In this document: piece by piece, positions 24,212 through 35,701 of the stretch
Layout: each line of letters starts with the position of its first letter
Numbering within the stretch: the stretch's first letter is position 1
The notes under the pieces: generated by a model
Database searches by the model: none
Seen by the model: the letters and a program-made list of their open reading frames with translations, nothing else
What the model was told of the DNA's origin: nothing
Made by a program: the position numbers and the translations under genes
Assembly: GCF_001194135.2 (NCBI RefSeq)
Contig: NC_068983.1
Coordinates: forward strand, 149,598,407-149,662,406
DNA length: 64,000 nucleotides
Direction: 5' to 3'
DNA from: Octopus bimaculoides
Taxonomy: Eukaryota

Positions 24212-25155
24212 TACAGTACACAATTATTTTTGTCGTTACAATTGCTGTATTTAATTATTAAAAAATACTGTAGGATTTTTATATACATTGAATGGCTATG
24301 GAGGTCCAGTAGAGTATAACAGGAATCAAAGGGATCCACAAGCAAAAATTGGTTGAGAACCACTGGTTTAAGCGCATATTTCGCTCTGTTCAAAATAGCA
24401 GTCAAATCCCTCCTTCAACACCAAGAAAACTCCTTTCTCTCGATTGTGATTCCGAAGTGAAGTTGATCTTAAACGTCTCCTAGTTCGTGATAACGGCCAG
24501 CATTTTATCTTTTTATATCCTTTCATTTGCATGAGTTCAATCAATTTCTGTTCCAAAAAGAATGGCGATTTCACCTGTATGTATTTTTATCTATATATGC
24601 CATAACATCAGTGAGCGATTGAAGAATGTAAAGGTTAGTTATCCAAACTAGTTAGAAAGATGGACATATTGTTGAGAACAGTAGATTTCGTTGGAGGTCT
24701 GTTATCTCTCTCCCAGCTTTTGGTGGCCTAGAAGAGGTTAAAAGGGTCAAGTGGCGAAGACAATATTCCGGCTAAGCGAAGGCATCTGGTAAATGTAACT
24801 GTTGTCACTCGCAGAAAAACTATTGTTTTACCGCGAGAAGAGTGCTGTTGAACTGTTAAGTGAAATTTGGCGATTGAGGATCGAATCCACGCTATGCTTG
24901 CATGACGCCACTACAAGAATATACAGCTGAGATGTCCGAGAAACAAATTTGCAAAACATTCTCTGCCGCCTACATTAGAAAAGGTTGCTGGTTAGAAATA
25001 GAAGTCAAATGTCATTATTTACGTGATTAAATGTTCGATATTTGGGAAGATATCGAGTACAATATCAGACTTGGTATAGGTTCGTAGAAATTATTTCGGA
25101 TCTTTCTGATTTGACGGGCAACACTTTTCATTTATGTTTTATGTAGTGTTTTTGG

Positions 25156-25472
25156 TACCGAAACACTTTTAAACTTCGTATACTTTGTGTTATTTTGTAA
25201 TATACTTTGTATATTTTGTGTCATAGAACAGATAAAAATTTTTGTATTCGAAGTTATTTCATGTAAAAAATTGTCGTATTTCGGTAAATGTATTCAGTAA
25301 CTGTATTCAGCTGAATAGACGTCAGTGATTGGTTGAAATTACAGAAATATGACAACTTTAACATGAAATAACTTGCGATGTATAATTTTTTGTTAAGAAG
25401 GCTAAGAGAAAAAGTTGTTTTATATGACACATTCTACCAGTATCCCAAGTTTGAAAGTGTTGCGTTAAGAAA
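25156..25472. mobile_element. Foldback/MITE-like element with long imperfect inverted arms
   Basis: AACACTTTTAAACTTCGTATACT pairs with AGTATCCCAAGTTTGAAAGTGTT; internal GTTATTTCATGT...TTGTCGTATTTC pairs with GAAATATGACAA...ACATGAAATAAC. Confidence 0.6.
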
Positions 25473-25853
25473 ACAAGTGGTGCCCGTCAAATCAGAAAGA
25501 TCCATTATTTCTGTAGTCACTTGTTTGTTGGGTCACTAATTTGGTGGTGTTGTGAGTAGCATGCAGGTCAACATTTTTTGGTCGGTAACTCCCTGGGTAA
25601 TCTATTATTTCTTTGTTGGTAACACACAATTTTAAGAAAGTTGTAAGGCGGTGAGCTGGGCGAAATGCTTAGCGGTATTTCGTCTGCCGTCACGTTCTGA
25701 GTTCAATAAAATGTACATTTTATTTAATCTAGAACGTTTATATTTACATGTGAACAAATACTTGATTTTATGGAAGAACATTCATTAGAAAAATGGAACG
25801 TTTAAAAAGTTTTCTCTAATGCAACATGCTAGACAATATTATGAAAATGATTA

Positions 25854-26070
25854 AGGCGGCGAGCTGGCAGAATCGTTAGCAGGCCGGGCAAAATGCTTAG
25901 AAGCATTTCGTCTGTCTTTGCACTCTGAGTTCAAATTCCGCCGAGGTTCACTTTGCCTTTTATGCTCTCGACGTCGATAAAATAAGTACCAGTTGAGTAC
26001 TGAGGTCGATGTGATCGACTTATCCCCTCTCCCGAAATTGCTGGCCTGATGCCTAAATTTGAAACCAATA
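25854..26070 (+). mobile_element. tRNA-derived SINE, family B (about 215 bp)
   Basis: GGCGGCGAGCTGGCAGAA...GAGTTCAAATTCC head, GCCTTT-ATC-GGTCGATAAAATAAGTACCAG central domain. Other copies at 21628-21842, 33945-34095, 37480-37680, 55135-55350 and 62460-62580 (-), and 25645-25705 and 28180-28310 (+). Confidence 0.88.
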
Positions 26071-27027
26071 TGTAAATAGTTCGTAGTTATTGAAGATGAT
26101 ACATTGTCTTTTATGGCAGTATGAGAGGTTATGGTTCTGAGCTGAGAAAATCTGAGAGTGATGGTTCAAAACTTAGTAGGAGTTCTTTCTGAGTTTTGAA
26201 CCATTACATAGGAGTCTCGCTACAAACTAAAACATATCCAAAGTTGTCGCACGCACTTTTTTCGTTTTTGTCTTTCCAAGGCATCCGAACCTTGTTGGGG
26301 AGGGGAGAAAGGTATGCTTATACCGGAAATCTAACTCGAATGCTCCCAACAGAACCCTGGTGGTGGTGTAAAACAGAGTATAAATTATTTACTGCCCAAG
26401 TAGGCCATGGAAAGATATGAACTCAGAATGCAAAGAGCCGAAACAAATTACTACAAGACATTCCAGTTCGACCCTGGACTGGTACTTTTTTTCTTTTTTA
26501 TCAATGCCGAAACAAACACCTCAATGCATTCTATATGGCGCTCTAACGATTCTATCAACTGGCCAAGTCATTANNNNNNNNNNNNNNNNNNNNNNNNNNN
26601 NNNNNNNNNNNNNNNNNNNNNNNNNNNNNNNNNNNNNNNNNNNNNNNNNNNNNNNNNNNNNNNNNNNNNNNNNNNNNNNNNNNNNNNNNNNNNNNNNNNN
26701 NNNNNNNNNNNNNNNNNNNNNNNNNNNNNNNNNNNNNNNNNNNNNNNNNNNNNNNNNNNNNNNNNNNNNNNNNNNNNNNNNNNNNNNNNNNNNNNNNNNN
26801 NNNNNNNNNNNNNNNNNNNNNNNNNNNNNNNNNNNNNNNNNNNNNNNNNNNNNNNNNNNNNNNNNNNNNNNNNNNNNNNNNNNNNNNNNNNNNNNNNNNN
26901 NNNNNNNNNNNNNNNNNNNNNNNNNNNNNNNNNNNNNNNNNNNNNNNNNNNNNNNNNNNNNNNNNNNNNNNNNNNNNNNNNNNNNNNNNNNNNNNNNNNN
27001 NNNNNNNNNNNNNNNNNNNNNNNNNNN

Positions 27028-27364
27028 CGGGCTGAATTCGGACCCGTAATCCTGAAATTTTGGATTTCCAAGTTTTCATTACTGCGATTTTTTTTACGTG
27101 ATTTTTGCGACGAATTATTTTGTAAGATAACAATTTTTATAACTTGGAAATAAATTTTAGGAATAATCGAAATCAATTGCGAAATCCAGCGGTTAGTTTC
27201 GGCGATTTTTTACGTGATTCTTTTGCAAAGGAATATTATCATTATTGGGATATGAAACAATAGCAACAAATTCTCCAAAACAAGTCAGAGATCTGTTTGC
27301 AGATCTTCCCATTCGGCGGGGTCACTATCTTAAAAGCCGCCTTGTCGGGCGGCTTTTAAGCTAG
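27028..27364 (+). mobile_element. Helitron-like 3' end (5' part in the N-gap)
   Basis: Perfect 13 bp stem CTTAAAAGCCGCC-TTGTCG-GGCGGCTTTTAAG (27329-27360), immediately followed by CTAG|T. Confidence 0.7.
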
Positions 27365-29629
27365 TAAGGCATAAATATGATTAATTAAACTTTTCCTTCC
27401 TACATTAAATATAATGCCGCTCAATTGAGTATTTTGTTATTTTGCAAAGCTGAACTTAATACATTTCTAACACTAAGAAAAAGGCAAAGGGTAACAACTC
27501 CAGCGAATTAACAACAAAATCTAATGTCTTTAGTGACTTGGCACGACATGGATACAGATTAAACGGTGTTACATTTGACTATAAACATCGTGGCATTATG
27601 CCCCTTTAACTAAAGGAAATACACATCTACTAACTGGTACAAAAATTAATTGCATTACACAATTCTCTCTACATGAAGCATAGCAAATTTAAGATCTCAT
27701 AATGTCTCGTTAAATTCAGTAAGTATTTATTCTGTAGCTGTCCCTTGTTTCTGTTTTTATGCGTCCTTGTTTCAAAGCAGTGTTTTTTCTTTTCTTTTCT
27801 CTGAAATATTTTGACCTTTAGAGATGTTATTATATACAGTTTCAAATAACTCTCACTTTTATTCCTCTTTGTGATGTTTTAATTAGCAAAAAATGAATAA
27901 AACAAAATGTGCCTCTCTTTTCGAGCATATAATATACACTCTCATGGCTTGAAGTTTTACTGTAAATCACGCTATTGACATTCATTGCAATTTTGGTTTC
28001 TGTTTATATCTGTACAATGCCACACAATAAGAGAAATTTTGGGTTGTAATTTCCTGGAAGAGAAAAATAGAAACGATCCGTTTTTATTTTAATATTGAAC
28101 TAAAACATTTTTAGTTCGAAACAGTCTTTCAAGAGATGAAAAGATGATCGAATATTTTTGTTTGATATTTTCGTGGTAATTTCGCCGAGGTCGACTTTGC
28201 CTTTAATCCTTTCGAGGTCGATAAAATAAGTACCAGTTTAGTACTCAGATGAATCAACTTCTCCCTCCCCTAAAAATCTTCTGGCCTTGTTTCAACAATT
28301 TAAACCATATCTCATGGTAATTTAAAGTATAATGTTGTATTTTGGGAGGGTCACTCTGCCAAAAATAACATACGAATATTTCGCATTTCCCCTTTTTAAA
28401 AAATTGTAGTGCACCTGAGCACTGTATACAACAAGTTAATTATTATAATCAATTAATCACATCAAAAATCTGGTGAAACAAATCCCAAAACGAAATTCGA
28501 TTAGACGAGCAAAGTAAAATAGTTATTCACACATGTTGCTGCTCATGAGAGAAGTCGGTTATGAATTATTTCCCTTTAGTCAAAGAACGCAGGACATGGA
28601 CACGGAACGAAGAGTCAAGGTATTCTGTTATCTTGTGCACAGAGCATAAAACAGATTTGCTAACTAGCAAGTCACCAACTGACAGGAACAACTTGCTGCA
28701 GCGAAGCCTGTTACTGACATGTATTTTGCCATGACAGCCTGTCCAACGACATTAAGGACCAAATGAGTTTCAATACTGCAACCTTTCTGTGTGTGATGGA
28801 GGACAGGTATCAGTGGTACAAGGCCAGCAATTATGAGGGGAGGGCATTGTAAATTACGTAGGCCACAATACTTGACTAGTGCTTTTGTTTCGTCAACCTT
28901 GAAAGGTTAAGTTGGCCTCAGCTGGATTTGAACCCAGAATATATTTTACACAATTGTTAGTGTACTTGCACAAATATTCCATATTAAAATACAAATCCAA
29001 AACTGAAGAAAACAATCACGAACGAAGAAAGAAGAAAAATATCAATTCAACACTAAGTGCATCAATCAGTAACACACCACAAGGTTCAACGGAACCTATT
29101 AAAGCAAGCCAACATGCTCCCAGCATTATCGTGGGCAATAGCAAGGCTAAGGCATTGATTGGAACAGCCAGGCACCCTCACAGGCATCACCTGACACCTA
29201 GGCCAGGCGATCTGCTAATGTTAACCACTCGCCTTACTGAGGTGTCAGGTGGTGCCCGTGAGGGTGCTTGGCTGTTCCAATGCCTTAGCCTCACTCTGAA
29301 TATTAAAAACCCAAACAAACACAAGGCATTTTCCCAATGCTCTAATGATTCTACCATGCCGATAATAATAAAAAGTGAACTGCTGAGCCACTGTGCATAT
29401 GTTCAATAGAGAGTCTCTGGTCAGACACTTGGTTTGCTAGAAACAAATCACACACTATCATCTTAGAAAGTGACTCATTGAATAATGTCACCTGTGTTCC
29501 CTGCACATAGGAGAAAAATCAACAGGATGATCATGTGTAGAAAACCCTTGATTGGATCTGACCTGTGGGAAGCAAGAACTGGAATCAAAGGGCCATAGAA
29601 TTAATTTAGCAAAAGCTTAAGTCTTAGTA

Positions 29630-30655
29630 AGTAAGAAAGCAGATAAATCACAAATCCCTTCAGGTAGATGGCCCTGTTAATATATAGAAAAGGTGTGGGT
29701 AGAAACTCCATAAGGTGTACCTGGTGCAAGCTATGGACACATAAGAGGTGCACCAGTATCAGGAGAAGGTTAACAGGGAAAATAGTTTTTGTGTGTGGCA
29801 GATGCATAGTTACAATAAACACTAGAGATGTACAAAAAAATAGACTCCATCAAATGCCAGATGGGATACCTAGAAGTTGTTGATAGCTTTTGTTATCTAG
29901 GTGACCAAGTCAGCAGTGGAGGTGGATGCTCCAAGAGTATAGCTACTAGAATAAGAATAGGCTGGACAAAGCTCAGAGAGCTCCTACCTCTGCTGGTAAC
30001 AAAGGGCCTCTCGCTCAGAGTAGAAGGCTGACTATGATGCCTGTGTGCCAACAATCATGCTACATGGCAGTGGAACATGGACTGTGACTGCAGAGGACAT
30101 GTGAAGGCTTGAAAGAAATGAAGCTAAAGTACTTTACTGGATGTATAATGTCAGTGTGCATGTACAACAGAATGTAAGTGTCTTGAGAGAAAAGTTGGGC
30201 ATAAGAGACATCAGATGTGTGTAAGTGAGATGACTGCACTGGATACGGACATACAGAAGTGCTGATCTCTAACTATGGAAGGAACCTGTGGAAGAGGTAG
30301 ACCCAGGAAGACATGGTATGAGGTGATGAAGCATGATCTTCGAATATTAGGTCTCATGGAGGTGATGATAAGTGATTGTGACCCTTGGCAATATAGTGTG
30401 CTTGAGAAAACTTGTCAGGCCAAGTGCAATTGTAGTTGTGGCCAGTGTTGGTGACACATGAAAGCACCCAGTAACACATAAAAGGCACTCACTACAATCT
30501 CAGAGTAGTTGTCATTAAGAAGGATATCCAGCTGTAGAAACCAAGCCAAAATCAGACTGGAACCCAGTGTAGCTCTCCAGCTTACAAGTTCCAGTCAAAC
30601 CATCTAATCCATGCTAAAATGGAAAGCAGATGCTAAATTACAATGATGATGATGT
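29630..30655 (+). mobile_element. RTE LINE, 5'-truncated, decayed
   Basis: RCTWCKLWTHKRC...FVCGRC and YLGDQVSSGGG; stops and frameshifts; (GAT)n tail. Confidence 0.92.
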
Positions 30656-30997
30656 TATATGTATATATGAGGCTTGCATTCTTGCTATCTAGGGTAGGTC
30701 AGCCTGGTGGAATTCATCCCTCTACAAGCTATACTGACAGAAGGATTTGAAATTAATAAGCTAATGTAACAATTTTTTTCTGTGCTCATATTAGTGAATT
30801 ATGCCATCATACTGAGTCCATTGACAACTAAGTTGAGCTGTTTAGAGTTATGTCCTGGCCATAAATACAATATAGCATTGTTGTTGTTGTTAGCATATTC
30901 ATCAACATTTTGATTCTGAGGGTTCCTTGACCATAACAAGCATAACATAATTTGCAAAACACTTGCTTGTATGTTTTCAGCTTTGACAAAAAGAGCC

Positions 30998-31091
30998 ATG
31001 CCAATCCCATTCCATGTTCTTCGGAACATTGCTATTCTTGGAGGGTTCATTTCTATTGGAGGTGCTGGATATTTTACCACGAAGTTAAAAT
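30998..31091 (+). CDS. COA1: COA1 coding exon 1
   Basis: Acceptor gttttcAG at 30980, GCCATG start, donor GTGAGT at 31092. An upstream 5' exon must exist but was not located. Confidence 0.85.
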
Positions 31092-34000
31092 GTGAGTTCA
31101 TTTTGATAGAAATATTTCTCCTAAACTATTTATTATGCAATGTTGTAATTATAAATGAAGTATTTTCATAATCCTTGTCTTTCTTTCTTTCTTTCATTAC
31201 CTATCTCTTTTCTTATGCTGTGTTAGCTGATTTCCCCTACCCTTCTTTGTAGTGAGAATATCTGACAACATGTCTCTTCTCTCATGATACTATTTATTTA
31301 TTAATCAGTTCAAAAATAACAATTAAAAGCTCTCTACATCATTACTTCTGTCAGTCTCTTCTTTTTCTTGTTAACTTGGTTCAATCCCTCTTGTATATTT
31401 TCTAGGTAATTTTGTTGTAACATAGTATTGGTAGAAATTACATACGAAATAAAGCACCCACAAAAAGCTAAGAACTTTGTTAAATGCACAGAAAATAGGT
31501 TTCATTCTTCAATTACAGATATTGTGGTGCCTTGACTCAGCTATTCTTTTACTTGTTTCACTCATATGACTGTGGCCATGCTGGAGCACTGCTTTGAAGG
31601 GTTTTAGTCAAGCAAATTGACCCCAAAACTTGTTTTTTATAGCCTAGTACTTATTCTATCGAGATCTTTTGCTGAATCGCTTAGTTACGGAGACATAACA
31701 CACCAACACCAGTTGTCAAGCAGTGATGGAGGGATAAACACAGACGTAAAGACACACACACACATAGATGCATACATGGTTTCTACTACTGGATGTCCTT
31801 CCTAATGTCAACCACTTTACAAAGTGTACTGTATGCTTTTTATGTGGCAGAAGCACTATTGAGATCACCAAGACAAAAACAACTCAACTGAGTGGGGAAT
31901 TAGTATTGAGTGAGGTGGCTTTGTGCCAGATGATGAGAGTTTAAAGTATGATAGAGGGACAGAAACAAGTGTCTTGAGGAGATATAATAAAAAAAATAGA
32001 GAGATGTTCTTGTAAGAAAATTATCAGAGCTATCAATGTGTCATGTAAATGTTTAGGTGTGGTTGTGTAGTAAGAAACTTGCTTCCCAACCACATGGTTC
32101 TAGGTTCAGTCCTACTACATGGCACCTTGGGCCAACCAAAGCCTTGTGAGTGGATTTGGTAGATGAAAACTGAAAGAAGTCTATCGTATATGTATATATG
32201 TATGCATCTATGTGTGTGTGTGTCTTTACGTCTGTGTTTATCCCTAATTGATCAAACAACACTACACAAATAGGTGATTTTTAAAAATAGAAATAAAATA
32301 TAATCTTATTTGCTTGATTTTGTTTCTTCTATTAAGCTAATTATTTATTAATTGTAGATAAATTCAAACAAGCAGACTATTTCATTGAATCAGTGTCTCT
32401 TCTACGCAACTATACTCCAATTGAAAAATATCTTGGTCAACCAATTGTAGTGAAAAGCATTGATCTTGGTGACACTGAGAACAATGTTGTTGGTGCCCTG
32501 GGTGCAAAGGTTTGTAAATAATATTAATGATAAACTTTTTTTTGTTATCTTTTTTAACAATGGTTATAGGCAAAGGAGTTACTTTCTGGTCTGATCCCAT
32601 TGTGTGACATGTTGAACTCTTCAACTATATTCCCAGGTTGAGCCAAAGCCTTGCAAGTAAAATTAGGTGTACAGAATTATCTATGGTTTCTATGGCTGGA
32701 TGCCCTTCCTAATACCAGACACTTTACAGAATGTGTTGGGTGCTTTTTATGTGCTACCATCATGAGTGCCTTTACACAGCACCAGCATGAGTGTATTTTA
32801 TGTGGCACTAGCATCTGTAAAGGACAAGCCTGTATGTATGGATGACAGCATATTTAGCTTGTCATGTCTTCTAAGTACAGCAAATCACCACATTAGCACT
32901 GTATATCATAAGTAACATTTTGAAATGATCTGGTATCTATGCTTAACAGCTAGGTGAGCTAAGGCATTTAAATTTACATGTACTACCAATATATATATAT
33001 ATATATATAATGAAATGCCAACTGTAGATTTGCACACAAGAGCTATGGGTTTGACGATGATAAGGCTAACATGGAAAAATGAAAGTAAAATACCAATGAT
33101 AATATATGCAAACAAATGTGTTAAAAAAACATTTAAAGAAATGTATTGGCGAAACATTTTATCCATTTTTTTTTCATCTACTGAATTAGATTGCAATTCC
33201 TGTATGTGGTCCTAAAGACAAAGGAATTCTTTATTGCTGGGCTACTCGTGAAAATACAGATGAAAGGTAAATTAGAAATAAGAAACTTTTTAATTTATAT
33301 ATAATATGGATAACTTTACAGCTATCTATTTGAAAACCTTTTGCTGTGGAGATTTAAATGATGTGAAAACATCCTATAGTATTCTAAGTAAATAGAAAAA
33401 TAATTGAGTCTTTTCAGATAAATAATTGTTAGAGTTATCCACATTAAAAACATTTCAGGTATTCTGAATTATACTATGTTCCATAGAAATGTGTATTATT
33501 TAATATATGGCCAACTAATGTTTGACATGCAAATCTGAACAGTTGTTAATGCTAAGTCCTGATAAGCTACTGCTATATATTACAATTCGGATTCAAAGTT
33601 CTCTGGTTGGGTGAGGAATAGTGTTACATCTTTCCTAAAGAGGATAACTATCTTGAAACAGATCTGTAAGAATATCTACAATTATATTCCTGTTTATTTA
33701 GAGAACAATAGAACATTTTTATGTCATTTTAATCTCCAGCTAAAAGTTATCAAATAACTGTTATCTACATATATATTTTAGGTATTACTTTGTGTTATAC
33801 ATAAATATATATTATCTTTTAATTTAATTTGTTTTGTTTTAAAATTACTGTATTTCTTCAGTTATCTTACTTTCTTGTATAAAGTATTGAATTTTAAATT
33901 TAACAGAAGGTATTAACTTTGTAAGGGAAGTGGTATAGTCAGTTGAGTAATTCCCAGTAGATTGGTAGTGGAACCTATTCTCATCAATCTTAGAAAGAGG

Positions 34001-35701
34001 AAAATGAAGGTCAACTCTAGTGGGATTTGAACTCAGGATGCCAATAGATTTCAATAGATATTGTAAGGCATTTACTGTAGCACTCTGCCATTTCTACTTC
34101 TCTAAGTTACCTTCCTGTAGAATGATGTTTGTATGAGGAAAGTTTGTGTAAATGTTTGGTACAATAAATATAGATGGTTTAACCTTTCAAAAGCACAAAA
34201 GCCAGAAATATTCCTAATTACTGCCACTATTATAAGCATTTTTAATGTTGATCAGAAGTTCATCCTTTCAGGTATTTAAGATTCACAACTAAATTTAAAA
34301 AGTGCTGGCCATGTTACTTTGAGACTTAGTACAGTGCCAACAATTCTTGGCATTGCACGAAGTCATCATCATCATCATCATCATCATCGTTTAACGTCCG
34401 CTTTCCATGCTAGCATGGGTTGGACGATTTGACTGAGGACTGGTGAAACCGGATGGCAACACCAGGCTCCAGTCTGATTTGGCAGAGTTTCTACAGCTGG
34501 ATGCCCTTCCTAACGCCAACCACTCAGAGAGTGTAGTGGGTGCTTTTACGTGTCACCCGCACGAAANNNNNNNNNNNNNNNNNNNNNNNNNNNNNNNNNN
34601 NNNNNNNNNNNNNNNNNNNNNNNNNNNNNNNNNNNNNNNNNNNNNNNNNNNNNNNNNNNNNNNNNNNNNNNNNNNNNNNNNNNNNNNNNNNNNNNNNNNN
34701 NNNNNNNNNNNNNNNNNNNNNNNNNNNNNNNNNNNNNNNNNNNNNNNNNNNNNNNNNNNNNNNNNNNNNNNNNNNNNNNNNNNNNNNNNNNNNNNNNNNN
34801 NNNNNNNNNNNNNNNNNNNNNNNNNNNNNNNNNNNNNNNNNNNNNNNNNNNNNNNNNNNNNNNNNNNNNNNNNNNNNNNNNNNNNNNNNNNNNNNNNNNN
34901 NNNNNNNNNNNNNNNNNNNNNNNNNNNNNNNNNNNNNNNNNNNNNNNNNNNNNNNNNNNNNNNNNNNNNNNNNNNNNNNNNNNNNNNNNNNNNNNNNNNN
35001 NNNNNNNNNNNNNNNNNNNNNNNNNNNNNNNNNNNNNNNNNNNNNNNNNNNNNNNNNNNNNNNNNNNNNNNNNNNNNNNNNNNNNNNNNNNNNNNNNNNN
35101 NNNNNNNNNNNNNNNNNNNNNNNTGTTCGTACGCATGCGTCATACAGTCTGCCTTTTACTCTGAGTGAGAGTCCCTTTGTCGCCAGCAGGGGTAAGAGCT
35201 CTCTAAACTTTGCCCAGGCTATTCTTATTCTAGCAGCTACACTTTCAGCGCACCCACCCCCACTACTAACTTGGTCGCCCAGATAGCGGAAGCTATCGAC
35301 TACCTCTAGTTTTTCACCCTGGAATGAGATAGAAGTTGTTTCCTGTTTGTTTGCAGTCTTTATTGCACCTGAACATCTGCCACAAACAAAAACTAACTTG
35401 CTAACTAGCCTTTGATGTTGCTGCACCTCTTATGTGTCCATAGCTTGCACCGGGTACATCTTATAGAGTTACTACCTCTAGTCCAAAAACAATTTAGGTG
35501 GGCTGCAGCTCAGTGTAGTTTAGGGAAAGAAAATAGTTGGTATGAAATATATGGTGTTTGATTCTGATTTTTATTTGTTTTATTTCTCCTCTTTTTAGAT
35601 GGCTGGTTGACAAACTTGAAATTGAAATAAAGAAAACAAAGCAGCGATGGACATTTTATGAACGACCGATAACAAAAGAAAATGAAGAGAAAAAGTTATG
35701 A
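30998..35701 (+). CDS. COA1: Cytochrome c oxidase assembly factor 1 (COA1/C7orf44/MITRAC15) homolog, 141 aa
   Basis: Coding exons 30998-31091, 32358-32509, 33190-33266 and 35599-35701, phases 1,0,2, total 426 nt including TGA. The protein has an N-terminal TM segment (IAILGGFISIGGAGYF), then YFIESVSLLRNYTPIEKYLGQPIVVK..., AKIAIPVCGPKDKGILY and RWLVDKLEIE. It is colinear with human COA1 as recalled (YYKLAVEQLQSHPEAQEALGPPL, AKLKIPVSGSKSEGLLY, RWHLDEVFLE). Confidence 0.88.
32358..32509 (+). CDS. COA1: COA1 coding exon 2
   Basis: Acceptor attgtAG, open in phase 1, donor GTTTGT. Confidence 0.87.
33190..33266 (+). CDS. COA1: COA1 coding exon 3
   Basis: IAIPVCGPKDKGILYCWATRENTDE; donor GTAAAT. 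Confidence 0.87.
34365..35480 (-). mobile_element. RTE LINE in COA1 intron 3 (young-looking, spans a gap)
   Basis: GEKLEVVDSFRYLGDQVSSGGGCAESVAARIRIAWAKFRELLPLL; CpG-rich 3' UTR with (CAT)n on the plus strand. Confidence 0.93.
35599..35701 (+). CDS. COA1: COA1 terminal coding exon
   Basis: Strong pyrimidine acceptor; RWLVDKLEIEIKKTKQRWTFYERPITKENEEKKL then TGA. Confidence 0.87.

Noticed and set aside
32570-32636. Possible extra COA1 exon (strong pyrimidine tract, AG, then CAG|GT)
   Set aside because: The sequence is a decayed family A SINE. It would need a 60-nt intron and would introduce a premature stop, and nothing supports its use.
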